Positions 40,935 to 51,200 of a stretch of DNA of 64,000 nucleotides are shown in pieces. The translations under genes were made by a program, and so were the position numbers. This stretch comes from Trypanosoma brucei (lineage: Eukaryota), in NCBI GenBank assembly GCA_000002445.1, contig CP000069.1, positions 864,001 to 928,000 on the forward strand, in the 5' to 3' direction. How positions within the stretch are numbered: the first letter of the stretch is position 1; every line of letters starts with the position of its first letter. A model generated the notes under the pieces. The model did no database searches and was not told the origin of the DNA. It worked only from the letters and a program-made list of their open reading frames with translations.

Positions 40935-42566
40935 ATGCCAGCAGGTGTTCCGGAGAATACCTCGTTAGAAAATATACCGACCATTGTTTCAAAATGTCGC
41001 GAGGCGTTCAACAATGACGCTAACAGGGATTTGAAGAAGCGGAAGCAGGTGTTAAGGTCTTTACTCAACCTTGTTGAAGAAAACACTGATGAATTTTGCA
41101 AAGCAATACACCGAGACCGCCGTCGCCACCGCGACGAAACGGTAGTAATGGAGATATTACCGTTACGTAACGAGGTGTGGCATTTAATTGAGCACATGGA
41201 CGAGTACGTTAAACCAGTTAAACCAACTATGGAGGGCGCTGCTGCTTTGGATGACTGCGAATTGCAGTACGAACCACTGGGCGTTGTGCTCGTTATCGGC
41301 ACTTGGAACTACCCGTTGTTGTTGATTCTCCAGCCTCTTTTGGGGGCTCTGGCCGCCGGTAATACAGCTGTTATTAAGCCGAGTGAACTTGCCCCCGCTA
41401 CAGCGGAGTTGTTAACAAAACTTTTGCCCAAGTACGTTTCTTCGGATGTTGTCGGTATTGTAAATGGCGGGGTAAGCGAAACAACAGCTGTGCTGAAGGA
41501 ACGTTTTGATCATATTTTGTACACGGGCAGTGCACGTGTAGCAGAGATTGTTATGGCGGCTGCAGCAAAACATCTTACGCCAGTTACACTTGAGTTGGGA
41601 GGAAAATCACCTGTTGTCGTTGACGATAGCTGTGCGGACAATATGAAGGTGGTAGCGGAGCGCATAATGTGGGGTAAAATTATCAACGCAGGTCAAACAT
41701 GTATAGCGCCTGATTACGTTGTCGTCGAAAAGTCTATGGAATCCGTGCTTGTTGATGCACTTGCTGAAGCTCGAAAGGCGATGTTGGGTGACAAGTTTCT
41801 TAAAGTACTTAAGGGAGAACTTCTGGTGAAGCAGAAACAACAGTTTTTGGAAGAAAGCGATTATCCGCGTATTGTCAATGCCAGTCATTTTCATCGTCTC
41901 ATGGAATTTATGAAGGGCGGAAAAGTAGCAGTGGGTGGAGAGGCAGACGAGGCAACTCTCACTATTGCTCCTACTATTCTCACAGACATTGACCCCACAC
42001 ACCCAGTGATGCAGGAGGAAATATTTGGACCTATTTTACCCGTATTAACGTATGAAAATGAAAAAGACATCCTTAAAATAATAAACAGCCGGGAGAAACC
42101 ACTGGCACTTTATGTCTTTTCCAACAATAAACGATTTATTAGAGGTGTTGAGTCGCGCACATCCTCGGGTGCCGTTGTGGTGAATGATGTTGTTGTGCAT
42201 GCGGGAGCAGATGGGTTACCATTTGGTGGCGTAGGACGCAGTGGCATGGGAGCCTATCATGGCCGCTACAGCTTCGAAACCTTTTCTCATCGGCGACCTG
42301 TTATGCGACGCGGGTTCTTTTTTTCATCTATCGACACCGTCCGGTTTCCCCCTTATACTACTGCAAAGTCTCGTGTTCTTAACAGTTTGCTGAAGCCATC
42401 GGCGGAAGTTGCTGGGGCTGTTGGGCGATCAGTTTGGGGTGTGGCAGCGCTGGCCAGAGTTGTTGAAGTTGGCTACCACTATATGCGTTTTTTAATGGCA
42501 GGTGAAACCACGCCTGCACCATCGTCATCAGAGCCTTTTTCTAAAGGTCCGAGGAGCAATGAATGA
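40935..42566 (+). CDS. Aldehyde dehydrogenase, ALDH3/fatty-aldehyde dehydrogenase type
   Basis: The track start 40875 is a TTG; the first ATG is at 40935. ALDH signatures seen: Glu motif LELGGKSPVVVD, Cys motif GQTCIAPDYVVV, and EIFGPILPV. The C-terminus has a hydrophobic stretch (SVWGVAALARVVEV), compatible with a membrane anchor. Confidence 0.85.
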   Translation: MPAGVPENTSLENIPTIVSKCREAFNNDANRDLKKRKQVLRSLLNLVEENTDEFCKAIHRDRRRHRDETVVMEILPLRNEVWHLIEHMDEYVKPVKPTMEGAAALDDCELQYEPLGVVLVIGTWNYPLLLILQPLLGALAAGNTAVIKPSELAPATAELLTKLLPKYVSSDVVGIVNGGVSETTAVLKERFDHILYTGSARVAEIVMAAAAKHLTPVTLELGGKSPVVVDDSCADNMKVVAERIMWGKIINAGQTCIAPDYVVVEKSMESVLVDALAEARKAMLGDKFLKVLKGELLVKQKQQFLEESDYPRIVNASHFHRLMEFMKGGKVAVGGEADEATLTIAPTILTDIDPTHPVMQEEIFGPILPVLTYENEKDILKIINSREKPLALYVFSNNKRFIRGVESRTSSGAVVVNDVVVHAGADGLPFGGVGRSGMGAYHGRYSFETFSHRRPVMRRGFFFSSIDTVRFPPYTTAKSRVLNSLLKPSAEVAGAVGRSVWGVAALARVVEVGYHYMRFLMAGETTPAPSSSEPFSKGPRSNE

Positions 42567-42612
42567 GGTTGGAGGAGTGTCAGCTTAATAATAATTTACA
42601 TGAGAGACGAAA

Positions 42613-42614
<2 letters not shown>

Positions 42615-42646
<32 letters not shown>
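42615..42646. repeat. (AT)16 microsatellite
   Basis: Perfect AT run read directly, downstream of the ALDH stop codon. Confidence 0.95.
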
Positions 42647-42648
<2 letters not shown>

Positions 42649-43030
42649 CGAAATAACTCTTTGTCACCATAATTAGCGCGACGACGTTCTTTCATTTTTT
42701 AGTCAATGCATCCGACTGTTCTGATACAGTTTACTTTAATCAATATATATCTTTTTTCGCTTTTTTCACAAATGTGTGTGTGCGCCTTAGAGAATTACCC
42801 ATCCGCTAAGCAAAATTAACTGTGAGTATATGCCACCGTGTCAGACGAGGTTGAAACAAACCAACGATGTGATTCATTTGATCTTTCTTCACTGTGCCTG
42901 TCCTTTTTCTTGTTTAAAAAAAACTGATAAAATTCCTCTTGCCTATGTATGTTTCGCCCTTTCACTAAAAAAAGAAGAAAAACTTCAAAGAATATATTCG
43001 TAACGGCGTGGATTACTTTGTTTGAAATAG

Positions 43031-43741
43031 ATGAAAGGCTTGGAAGAGTGGCTTGCATCGTCCACATCATCATCTTCCACAACTGACACGACGAGTAGGG
43101 ATGTACCAGAAAGTGATAAGGTGCACAAGAAAACAGTGCAAACTAGTGTGAAGGATCGTCAGGACGAGTTGCGATCCCGTATGCGCAATCTTCTTGGGGA
43201 AAGCGCTGTGAGCAGCCTTGTCATTGAGGAACCGACGAAAGTGGCGATGACGACAAGTCCCACTGCTGTATTGAACTCGTCTATGAGCACCGACACCGAC
43301 AGTACAGCGGTTTCTCCCGCCCGTGTGAAAGGCGTTTCCCCCCAAACCAAAGCCAATGGCAACAGTAATGGCGATGGCAGCACAGCCATCAGAGGTCAGT
43401 CAAATGATAAGCAACTCGAGGCACCCACTGAGGTACAGTACCGGGCTGTAGAAGTGATGGTGGTTGATCGAGGTACACAAACAACCACGACGGTGGGTTG
43501 TCAAACAGATCCTGAGCCTTCACAATCTCCTGTGGGAGGCGCCATGCCGTTTCATCGCGGTTTTTGCCCTCGTTGCACTTGTTGTTGTCGTGGTGTCGTT
43601 CGGGATTACCCGTGGCGAAACGCGCGTGAGGAGGAAGATCGTTCCTCACGATTTCAAGAAGAACTGGAAACTATACAAAAATCCATAGATATGATGATTG
43701 CACGATATAATTTACCACCACCACCGATGCCGCGGTATTGA
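43031..43741 (+). CDS. Hypothetical protein, Ser/Thr-rich with a Cys-rich C-terminal segment
   Basis: ATG verified. 236-aa ORF on the + strand. No motif recognised. Confidence 0.4.
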   Translation: MKGLEEWLASSTSSSSTTDTTSRDVPESDKVHKKTVQTSVKDRQDELRSRMRNLLGESAVSSLVIEEPTKVAMTTSPTAVLNSSMSTDTDSTAVSPARVKGVSPQTKANGNSNGDGSTAIRGQSNDKQLEAPTEVQYRAVEVMVVDRGTQTTTTVGCQTDPEPSQSPVGGAMPFHRGFCPRCTCCCRGVVRDYPWRNAREEEDRSSRFQEELETIQKSIDMMIARYNLPPPPMPRY

Positions 43742-44127
43742 TGCACTGCAAGGAGTTGGTATTCTTCCAGTTTTTGTCACTTCAGTTATTACACCTAATT
43801 TTACTTCTCAGTAAGGTGTCCATTTTCTTTTAGATTTGAGTATTCATATATGTGGTGATTTGCTTTTGTAGGCGAGTTTCTTTCCGTTGGCCCACTTTCC
43901 ATTCGTATTTCGGTTTACTGATGCTAATTTCTTCCCTCCTTTTTGTTCGTATATTTTCTTTGCTGTATCTTGACTGTTGTTACAGAGTTCATTTTTCTTT
44001 TTTTTCCATGTTCACTTATATTTCTGCATGTGCGTCGGTATATTTGCATAATTTTGTTATTTAGGTTTTTTTTTAGTACAAACTTGTAGTATAATTTGTC
44101 CCCGTGTCGGTTTCTTTGTTCATTGCC

Positions 44128-45141
44128 ATGGACTCCATGGAAGAGTTTTATAACAACCCCTTCAAGAATAACAGTGAGGTTGACGACATTTGCTTTGCCC
44201 CTTTCTTCTCACAAATGTCGGAGTCCATTACTGAACCGACGCCAGTGCAGACATGTGTGACAACACCTTGCGCTGACGCACAAGCAAGGGCGCCCTCGTG
44301 TCAAGAAGCCTCAGAAACTGAGAGTTACAGCCAAACCTCCACGCAGAGGCTTCAGCATAAACTAAATGAAACCATGCGTGCAAGCACGGCCGCGTGTGAT
44401 ATGTACACGAACCACATTGAAACACAGCGGCAGGAGATTGACCGGTTGGATGAGGAGAATAATGAGCTGCAAATGAAGGTGGCATGGCTCGAATCACAAA
44501 TGCGTGCCATTGGTCTCGAAAAAGACTGTGCTGCCATGGCGTACAAGCGGGAAGTGGAGAAGAACGCGGCATTAGAGGCTAAAATCACATCACTGAAGAG
44601 GGAGTTGAGCTCCATGGAAGAGCGCGCCCGTCAACTGGCAGCAACATATAGCAGAGGTGTGCCACAATCAACATATGACGTGGCACCTTACCAAAACGCA
44701 CCACCTCATGAGCACCAACCAAATAAACAACAGCACACACAACAGCAACTGCAGCAACAGCAATTGCATTCAGGCCATCATCAGGAAACACCGCGTATGC
44801 AGACACAAAGGCCACCGAGTCAACCGCGTCAGCCGCCGTCTTTAAGTCCATCTTCTCGAGGTGTTGTTGAGGATGTGAGGGGTGGCATTGGCGCTTATCC
44901 CGGGCAGCGGAAAAACGAACAACTGGTGATTGCTGTTAAAGATTTAGAGAGCAACCTGCAGCGCGCTTGCCAGCGAAAGGATGAGTTGGAAAATCATTTG
45001 AGACGAGTGGAGACAACACGCATCCGCTCAGGAGCTGAAAGGGCAAAGAAAATTGCGTTGGAGAGGGAACTTGCGGATGTGCAGAAGCAAGTGAGTGATA
45101 TCCGAATGAAACTGCGCTCCTTGTCAGCACTTGAGCGTTAA
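44128..45141 (+). CDS. Hypothetical coiled-coil protein with a Gln-rich segment
   Basis: The first ATG is at 44128 (track GTG at 44104). Heptad-like segments are present (EIDRLDEENNELQMKVAWLESQMRAIGLEKD; LESNLQRACQRKDELENHLRRVE), plus a QQQ-rich linker. Confidence 0.5.
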   Translation: MDSMEEFYNNPFKNNSEVDDICFAPFFSQMSESITEPTPVQTCVTTPCADAQARAPSCQEASETESYSQTSTQRLQHKLNETMRASTAACDMYTNHIETQRQEIDRLDEENNELQMKVAWLESQMRAIGLEKDCAAMAYKREVEKNAALEAKITSLKRELSSMEERARQLAATYSRGVPQSTYDVAPYQNAPPHEHQPNKQQHTQQQLQQQQLHSGHHQETPRMQTQRPPSQPRQPPSLSPSSRGVVEDVRGGIGAYPGQRKNEQLVIAVKDLESNLQRACQRKDELENHLRRVETTRIRSGAERAKKIALERELADVQKQVSDIRMKLRSLSALER

Positions 45142-46534
45142 CCTCAATCACATAAACTGTCCCACTTATAATAGAGGGGTAAAGGGCTGGAAAAAAAAAA
45201 AGAGTATTGTATGTGTTGTGTTCCTCACCGCTTATAGTTTTGGATTTGGGGTTGGAATGTACCGTTATATGGCACGGTACAATACCTAAAGCTCCCTCTA
45301 TGTGCTTTTAATTTTCCTTTTCCCCCCTTTCAAATCTTTTTTTGTGGTTATGTGGTCTCTAAGTTTTATGGAGACGGTGTCTCAATTGCGTCTGTAGAAA
45401 AATAGACGTCGCAAAAACAAAGGGTCCGTAATTGTCAAGGGATTTTTTAGGTGTTGTTGTTGAAGAAGTAAAGGAGCGAGTTTGTTCCAACTGTTTTTCT
45501 TTTGTTTTTCGTTTTCCACCTGATATACTTTCTATCGAGGTGTATGATGTTACTTGCGTTTTCGAAGTGGTGTGACCGAATCGAACATAAACCAAAACAA
45601 GGAGGATGAATAGAAAGAACAAATTATATATATGACTTTCGTGTAAGTAAAACAAACGGCACTTCTCTCTCTCTCTTTTTTTTTTTTTGGATCAGCCAAT
45701 AATAGAGTAACTTTCTTGTTGTTATTCTTGGTATGTCACTATTGTGCGTTTATGAGATGATTACAGCCACCATTTTCTTTCAACAAGTCCGTTTGAATGT
45801 ACATCTGGTGGTGCCGCAACTCTCCTTCCTTCTCATTCATTTTCCTTCTTTTTTTTCTTTCAATCGACTGATTTTTTTTTTGTGTGTGTGAGATGGCGTT
45901 GTGTGAACTTTTCATATGTAATATTTCCCTAGTGTGTTTTCTTTTTTCTTTAGTTTATTTTGTTTCTTCCTTTTCCGCACATTTTATACGATTTTCCGGT
46001 TCACTGCTGCAAGTTCGTTCATACGGACGCGAGCAAAAAAAGGGGGAGAAGGGACAGAGAAAAGGGGGAAAGTAGTAAAGAGTTTTTGCAGCATTTGTTT
46101 TGAAGTGGTCAATTACGTTACTCGAATATCACACTTAAATAGTATGAGAAAGGTGAGTTCTAACTTTCCACCTATTATTTGTTTTACTCTTCCCCGGTTC
46201 TGATTTGTTTTTGTTTGGTACTTCATATTTGAAGTCGCTCTGACTTTAAACATTCTTCAATTAGCCCCTTTCTCTCTTTCCTCTTTCTTTTTGTGACCTT
46301 GCTCTGCAAAAAAAAAAAAACGTTCACTCCTTCTTTGATTTTGCTCCTGAATACTTTCCGTTACCGTGATATCCCATAACTTTTTCCTTTTCTGTTTATA
46401 CTTTATGATTCACCTTTGTTTTTGTTGTTATTTTAAAGGCAAAGCCGCTTAAATATTCAGAAAGAGTATGAAAAAGTGGTGGAAAATAAACACAGCATCG
46501 CTTTAGTCCTTTTTTTTTTTTACTTGCATGTAAT

Positions 46535-47086
46535 ATGCCCGTTACTTCTTTCAATAACCGTCATTCTATAGTTGATGAAGCCACTGCTGCCTTCATGCTT
46601 TGCGCAACTGAAGTAAAGCGCATGTGGGGGGAACAGTCTTTTATTGCCAAACTTTGTGCAATATTGATGAAACATTGGAGGACACGACGCTGCATGTTAT
46701 TTTTAGTTGCATGGATCGCTTTCATGGGATGTTGTTACGGTTTGCGTAGCCGCTTGAAACGTTTGTTGCTCTTTTCTACAGATCAGGCGGATGAAGAAAA
46801 GGATTTTCCCGAGGAGGGCACCATCTCTGAGGGTAGTTGTAGCGTTTGCGAGAATCAATGCATTGAGGTGGGTGAAAATAGTTTCAGTGACGTGCTTTAC
46901 GGCAGCGAATGGCCCAGATTTGAAGGGGCAATCCCAAATGAAAAAGTTAAATCCCTCCTTGGTGATGACTTCGATCCGACAGATCAATTTGACGCGACGT
47001 TTAACCATTTTTTGGCTTCTCAATCTGGAAGGTGCGATGGTGATGATACTGAGGAATGTGGTTCTAAAAGGGAAAGTGGAGAGTGA
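46535..47086 (+). CDS. Hypothetical small protein with one predicted TM helix and an acidic C-terminus
   Basis: ATG verified. Hydrophobic segment CMLFLVAWIAFMGCCYGL. No motif recognised. Confidence 0.4.
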   Translation: MPVTSFNNRHSIVDEATAAFMLCATEVKRMWGEQSFIAKLCAILMKHWRTRRCMLFLVAWIAFMGCCYGLRSRLKRLLLFSTDQADEEKDFPEEGTISEGSCSVCENQCIEVGENSFSDVLYGSEWPRFEGAIPNEKVKSLLGDDFDPTDQFDATFNHFLASQSGRCDGDDTEECGSKRESGE

Positions 47087-47544
47087 CTGAAATTTTATTT
47101 GTGTGAATACAAGTGCATTACACTTACATGTATGAACGTGTGCAGAGTATATAATGAAGGAGAAGTGGTTTTCATATCACCTGGTGATAATCAATTACTT
47201 GAGTGTTTATATAATGCCTTGGTTTATGGGTGTGATTTTGTGCCCATTGATGCCACTAGGAAAGGACAAGCAATCAAAAACAAAAAGATATTGTCTTCAC
47301 CAGTCAGCTGAAGTCGCCCTCTTATTACGTTCTTGGTTATTCTCTTTTTTTTTTTGTCAAGAATATCTCGAGTTTTTATCATTCCAACCTGACGCCTGCA
47401 AAATAGCGCCATGATTTAGTCGGCATTTTAAAAAATTCTCGGACAAAAATAACAAAATAAAAAAGATTCCTTTACACTTAGTTATGCAGTTTCTGTATCT
47501 TTATTGTACTGAATCGATCGTTAATATGAGTTTTGTAAGTTATT

Positions 47545-47590
47545 CATTTTTTTTTTATCTCTTCACCTTGCTCTTCTTCATGCTTTTTAC
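47545..47590 (+). promoter_or_regulatory. Polypyrimidine tract: the nearest candidate trans-splicing signal upstream of the XMAP215-like gene
   Basis: This is the only substantial C/T-rich run between the upstream gene and ATG 48279. The ~450 nt between them are purine-rich. Confidence 0.4.
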
Positions 47591-48278
47591 ACATGTGATT
47601 ACTCACAAAGGCGTCTAAAGCCGCTTAAACATTAACGAGTTTTAGGTGGTGTGAATAGTGTTGCTTACAGCTGTGTAAATATTTATAGGGGAAAATATTT
47701 GTTACTTCCATCTGTATTCACGTACACACACGCAGGTCCAAACGTACAATTATCCGCATTCAGCTAATTTCCTCTTGCTCTCTACCAAGTCGTACGTTTA
47801 TTAACTTCTACACCACTTTTCAGGTGAACGTCAGGGAGGGAAGGTAATAACAGAAAGGAGGGAAGAAAAGAAAGATTATTTAAACAGAAGTAGAGTGGTG
47901 AAGTTATTGAAGAAATTGAGGAACATAAGAGGTAACGCAGAAAAGGAAAAAAAAAGGGATCGAAGCGAAGAAACAAAAGTAAGGAGAGACAAATTAAGAA
48001 AAGAAAGAGGCCAAAATAGCGCAACGACATACAAGGGAGAAGTAAAAGCCGAACAAAAGTATCTTCTTCTCTCCTACAAAGGGTGGCTAAAGCAATTTAA
48101 AAAAAACAAGAAGGGTAATTTGCGTTCTGAACGAAATAGGAACAAGAAAGCTTGCGAGGTACAGAAAGCAAAAGGAAGGTGGAAATTGAAGGCGAGACAC
48201 GGACAAAGACAAGGGTAGGTGGGGAACGGAAGGTGTGTGGAAGTTCAGTACCTAATTACAGTGGGAAAAGTCCCGACC

Positions 48279-51200
48279 ATGACAAATAATGAAGGCTCAA
48301 TCTCGCCGAGTCATTCATTACCCAACTTTCTAATGTTGGATGCTGTGGAAGAGGATTTCACAAATCTTCCACTCGATTCGCTGCTCCTGCATAAGAACTG
48401 GAAGGGTCGTAAGGCGGGATTCGAACAAGTTCGGGACCAACCTAAAGAGTTGAGGATACACTTATTAAATAAACCCAAGAAAATATATGCGGAACAAAAT
48501 ATCGCAGCTCAAGAGGCTTTGTTCGAGGCGTTAGCGGCTCTTGTCCCATTCTGTGACAATGATGAATTGGATGTTCTTGCTGGTGAGCCACTCCGTGTCG
48601 TAGTGGAGAAGGGTTTGACGGGCCGTAGTAAGGCGGCACAGGCTAGTTTCGCTTTCGCTCTTGATCTTGTCGGTGCTGGTAAGCAGACTCATGTGTTTAA
48701 CGTTCTTCTCCCGGCGGTAGCACACAAAACACCGAAGAATCGTATTGCCGCGACTCAGCTCTGCGGACATATTGTTGATTTGTTCGGAGTTCACGGGCTC
48801 CCCGCAAAAGCTTTGTTGAAAGCAATGCAGCCCCTCTTCAACGACCCTAACCCTCAAGTCCGTAAAGAAGCCGCCAACTTGTGCTGCCACTGCTACAGCT
48901 ACATCGGCGCAGGCGTTAAGAGCTGTCTTACTGACCTTCGCGAGGTTCAACTACAGGAACTAGAGAAACAGTTTGAGAATATAGTGCTGGGAAGAGTCCC
49001 ACGAAGGAACATTAAAGGTATTGAGACATCCACACCAATAAAATCTGTTGCCCCCATAGTGGGTATCGCTAGTCGTACCGATCGGTCTAATGATTTGGAT
49101 GATGATGCATATGCAGCATGCAGTGAGGAACCGGTGGTTTCGAAAATACCTCGCACCTTCTACCTTACCGCATTAGATAGATCGGCGAGGTGGCAAGATC
49201 GTGTAGCTGCTGTGCAAGAAACAGTCCTTCCACTGATTAGTGTTCCAAAAATACGACAAAAAGACGACTACCATGAATTGTGTACAATGATACGAGAATA
49301 TTTAGTAGACCCGCAGGCACCGCTGATGTTGGTAGGTTTCAAATGCATTCAGGAAATGGCTCGATCCCTTAGGAATGCCTTTGCGCCGTATGCGCGTACG
49401 TATCTGAATCCTCTTTTTGAGAAAATGAAAGACAAAAAAACTAGTGTCGTTGAGCACGTTACGACAACACTTGAATCGCTCATTCGATACCATTGTATTA
49501 CATTAGACCAATGCCATGATGAAATTGACGTCACTCTACAGAGTCGTGTACCTAATCAGCGGTTAGCCTTAATTCAGTGGCTCTCTCGCTTGACCGACAA
49601 ACTAGAACCCACTTGCTTCAATCGAATCTGTCGCGCGCAACCCATGTTAAGCCGTGTTCTGAACGATGAAAAGATTGAGAATCGGGAGGCGGCCTACATT
49701 TTTGTGGCAAAGTTAATGGCTCTCAATGGTGAGGAGCACTTCCAGGCGCTACTCGTTTCACTAGACGAAAAGCAACGGGCAAAACTTGTGGCAATTATTA
49801 ACAGTGCAGCGAATATGCAATGTACCCCCTCTAGTTCGCCGGCGAGAAAGGCGCCACGGCTGGAGCAGCGGTGCGAATCCATCGGCCAAAGACCTCACAG
49901 TTCCTCTGTGGCATCCTCTTGCTCGAGGTCATCGGTGTGTGGCGCGCGCGGTGGGCGTTTGGGTCGAGCGCTTAGTCACAACAAGTCCCTTCCCGAACAG
50001 CCTCGTGTCTCCGGTATGGAGGACGCGGTAACGTTAGAGTCGATGCTTCCTTCAAAGGATGAGGCATTTAATCTCATTTTAGGTCTATTGGGCGGTGATA
50101 TGACAGTTTCGGTGCTTCTTACAGCCAAGGAGTGGTCGAGTCGGCACTGTGGTGTTCTAAAGGTGAAAAATATGGTAGTTGGCTGGTCGGAAAAGGAATC
50201 CACAGATTATCTCGACCATGTAGTTGTCTATCTTCGTGTAGACCCTGGGTGGAGAGAATCCATCTTCCAGGTATTTAATGCCATGGCTAGTGTATTGCAG
50301 GAAGTCGTTAACAAGGCGTCGAAGGTAAGCCCTGGAGCTGGTCATGCCATAATATCAGGGTGCTTAGGTAGACTAACAGATCAAAAGAGCAAGTCAGTTG
50401 TATGCGATCTAATTACATCCCTCACAAAAAGTTTAGGCGCGGCATTTGTTTTGCGGCACGTGGTTGGGACGCTCGTGCAGATAAAAACGCCAAAGTTATT
50501 GCACGAGTCCAATGTGTTTATGACACAGTTGTTGCGTTCCACAACGGTGAGTCCTTCAGACGCGAAATGCGTTGTTGATTACGTTAATAATCACTGCGCT
50601 GAACATTTGTTTCCTACCGTCAGAACGACCGGTGCAACACTGTTGGCGATTATCACTGCCGGTTCAGTAGCTTCAAACGAAGATACTCTGGAACAATCAG
50701 CGAATACATTGGGGCAAAGCGAAAACACTTCTCTTAATGGTACAGTAGCCAACGCTTCTCGTACTGGCCCACGCCGCGAGGCCTCACAAGCGTCTACGGT
50801 GACATCATACCAGCCTGTGCGGGAACGTGACGAGAATGAGAGGTTGAGAACGAATTCCGTGACCACTAATGCAACAGAAGTGAAACCAACTTCACACCCG
50901 AGGCATGCTCATGTAGAGGCAAGTCGGTTGAACTCGTGTGACAAGCACAAAAAAATGTCCGCAGCCGTTGATGACGAGGAGAACCATGAAGCAGTTGACA
51001 TCGGGCCGCAGCTTACTCTGCTCGCAAAGCAAATCACGGGTGCCCCCGACTGGAGAACCCGCTTGGAAGGGGTGAAAAAAGTTGAGGAACTTGTTTTCGC
51101 GAGCAACAAACGCATATGCCCAAATGGTGTGACGGAGATTATTGGTGCACTTCGTAGTCGATTTGATGAGACGAATAAAAACATTGTAGTTGATGCACTG

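Noticed and set aside
47895-48218. 107-aa Lys/Arg-rich + strand ORF upstream of the XMAP215-like gene
   Set aside because: It is the translation of a GA-rich tract (AAG/AGA/GAA codons), extremely low-complexity, with no start context. It is more plausibly 5' UTR. It is kept as a finding about the tract, not as a gene.
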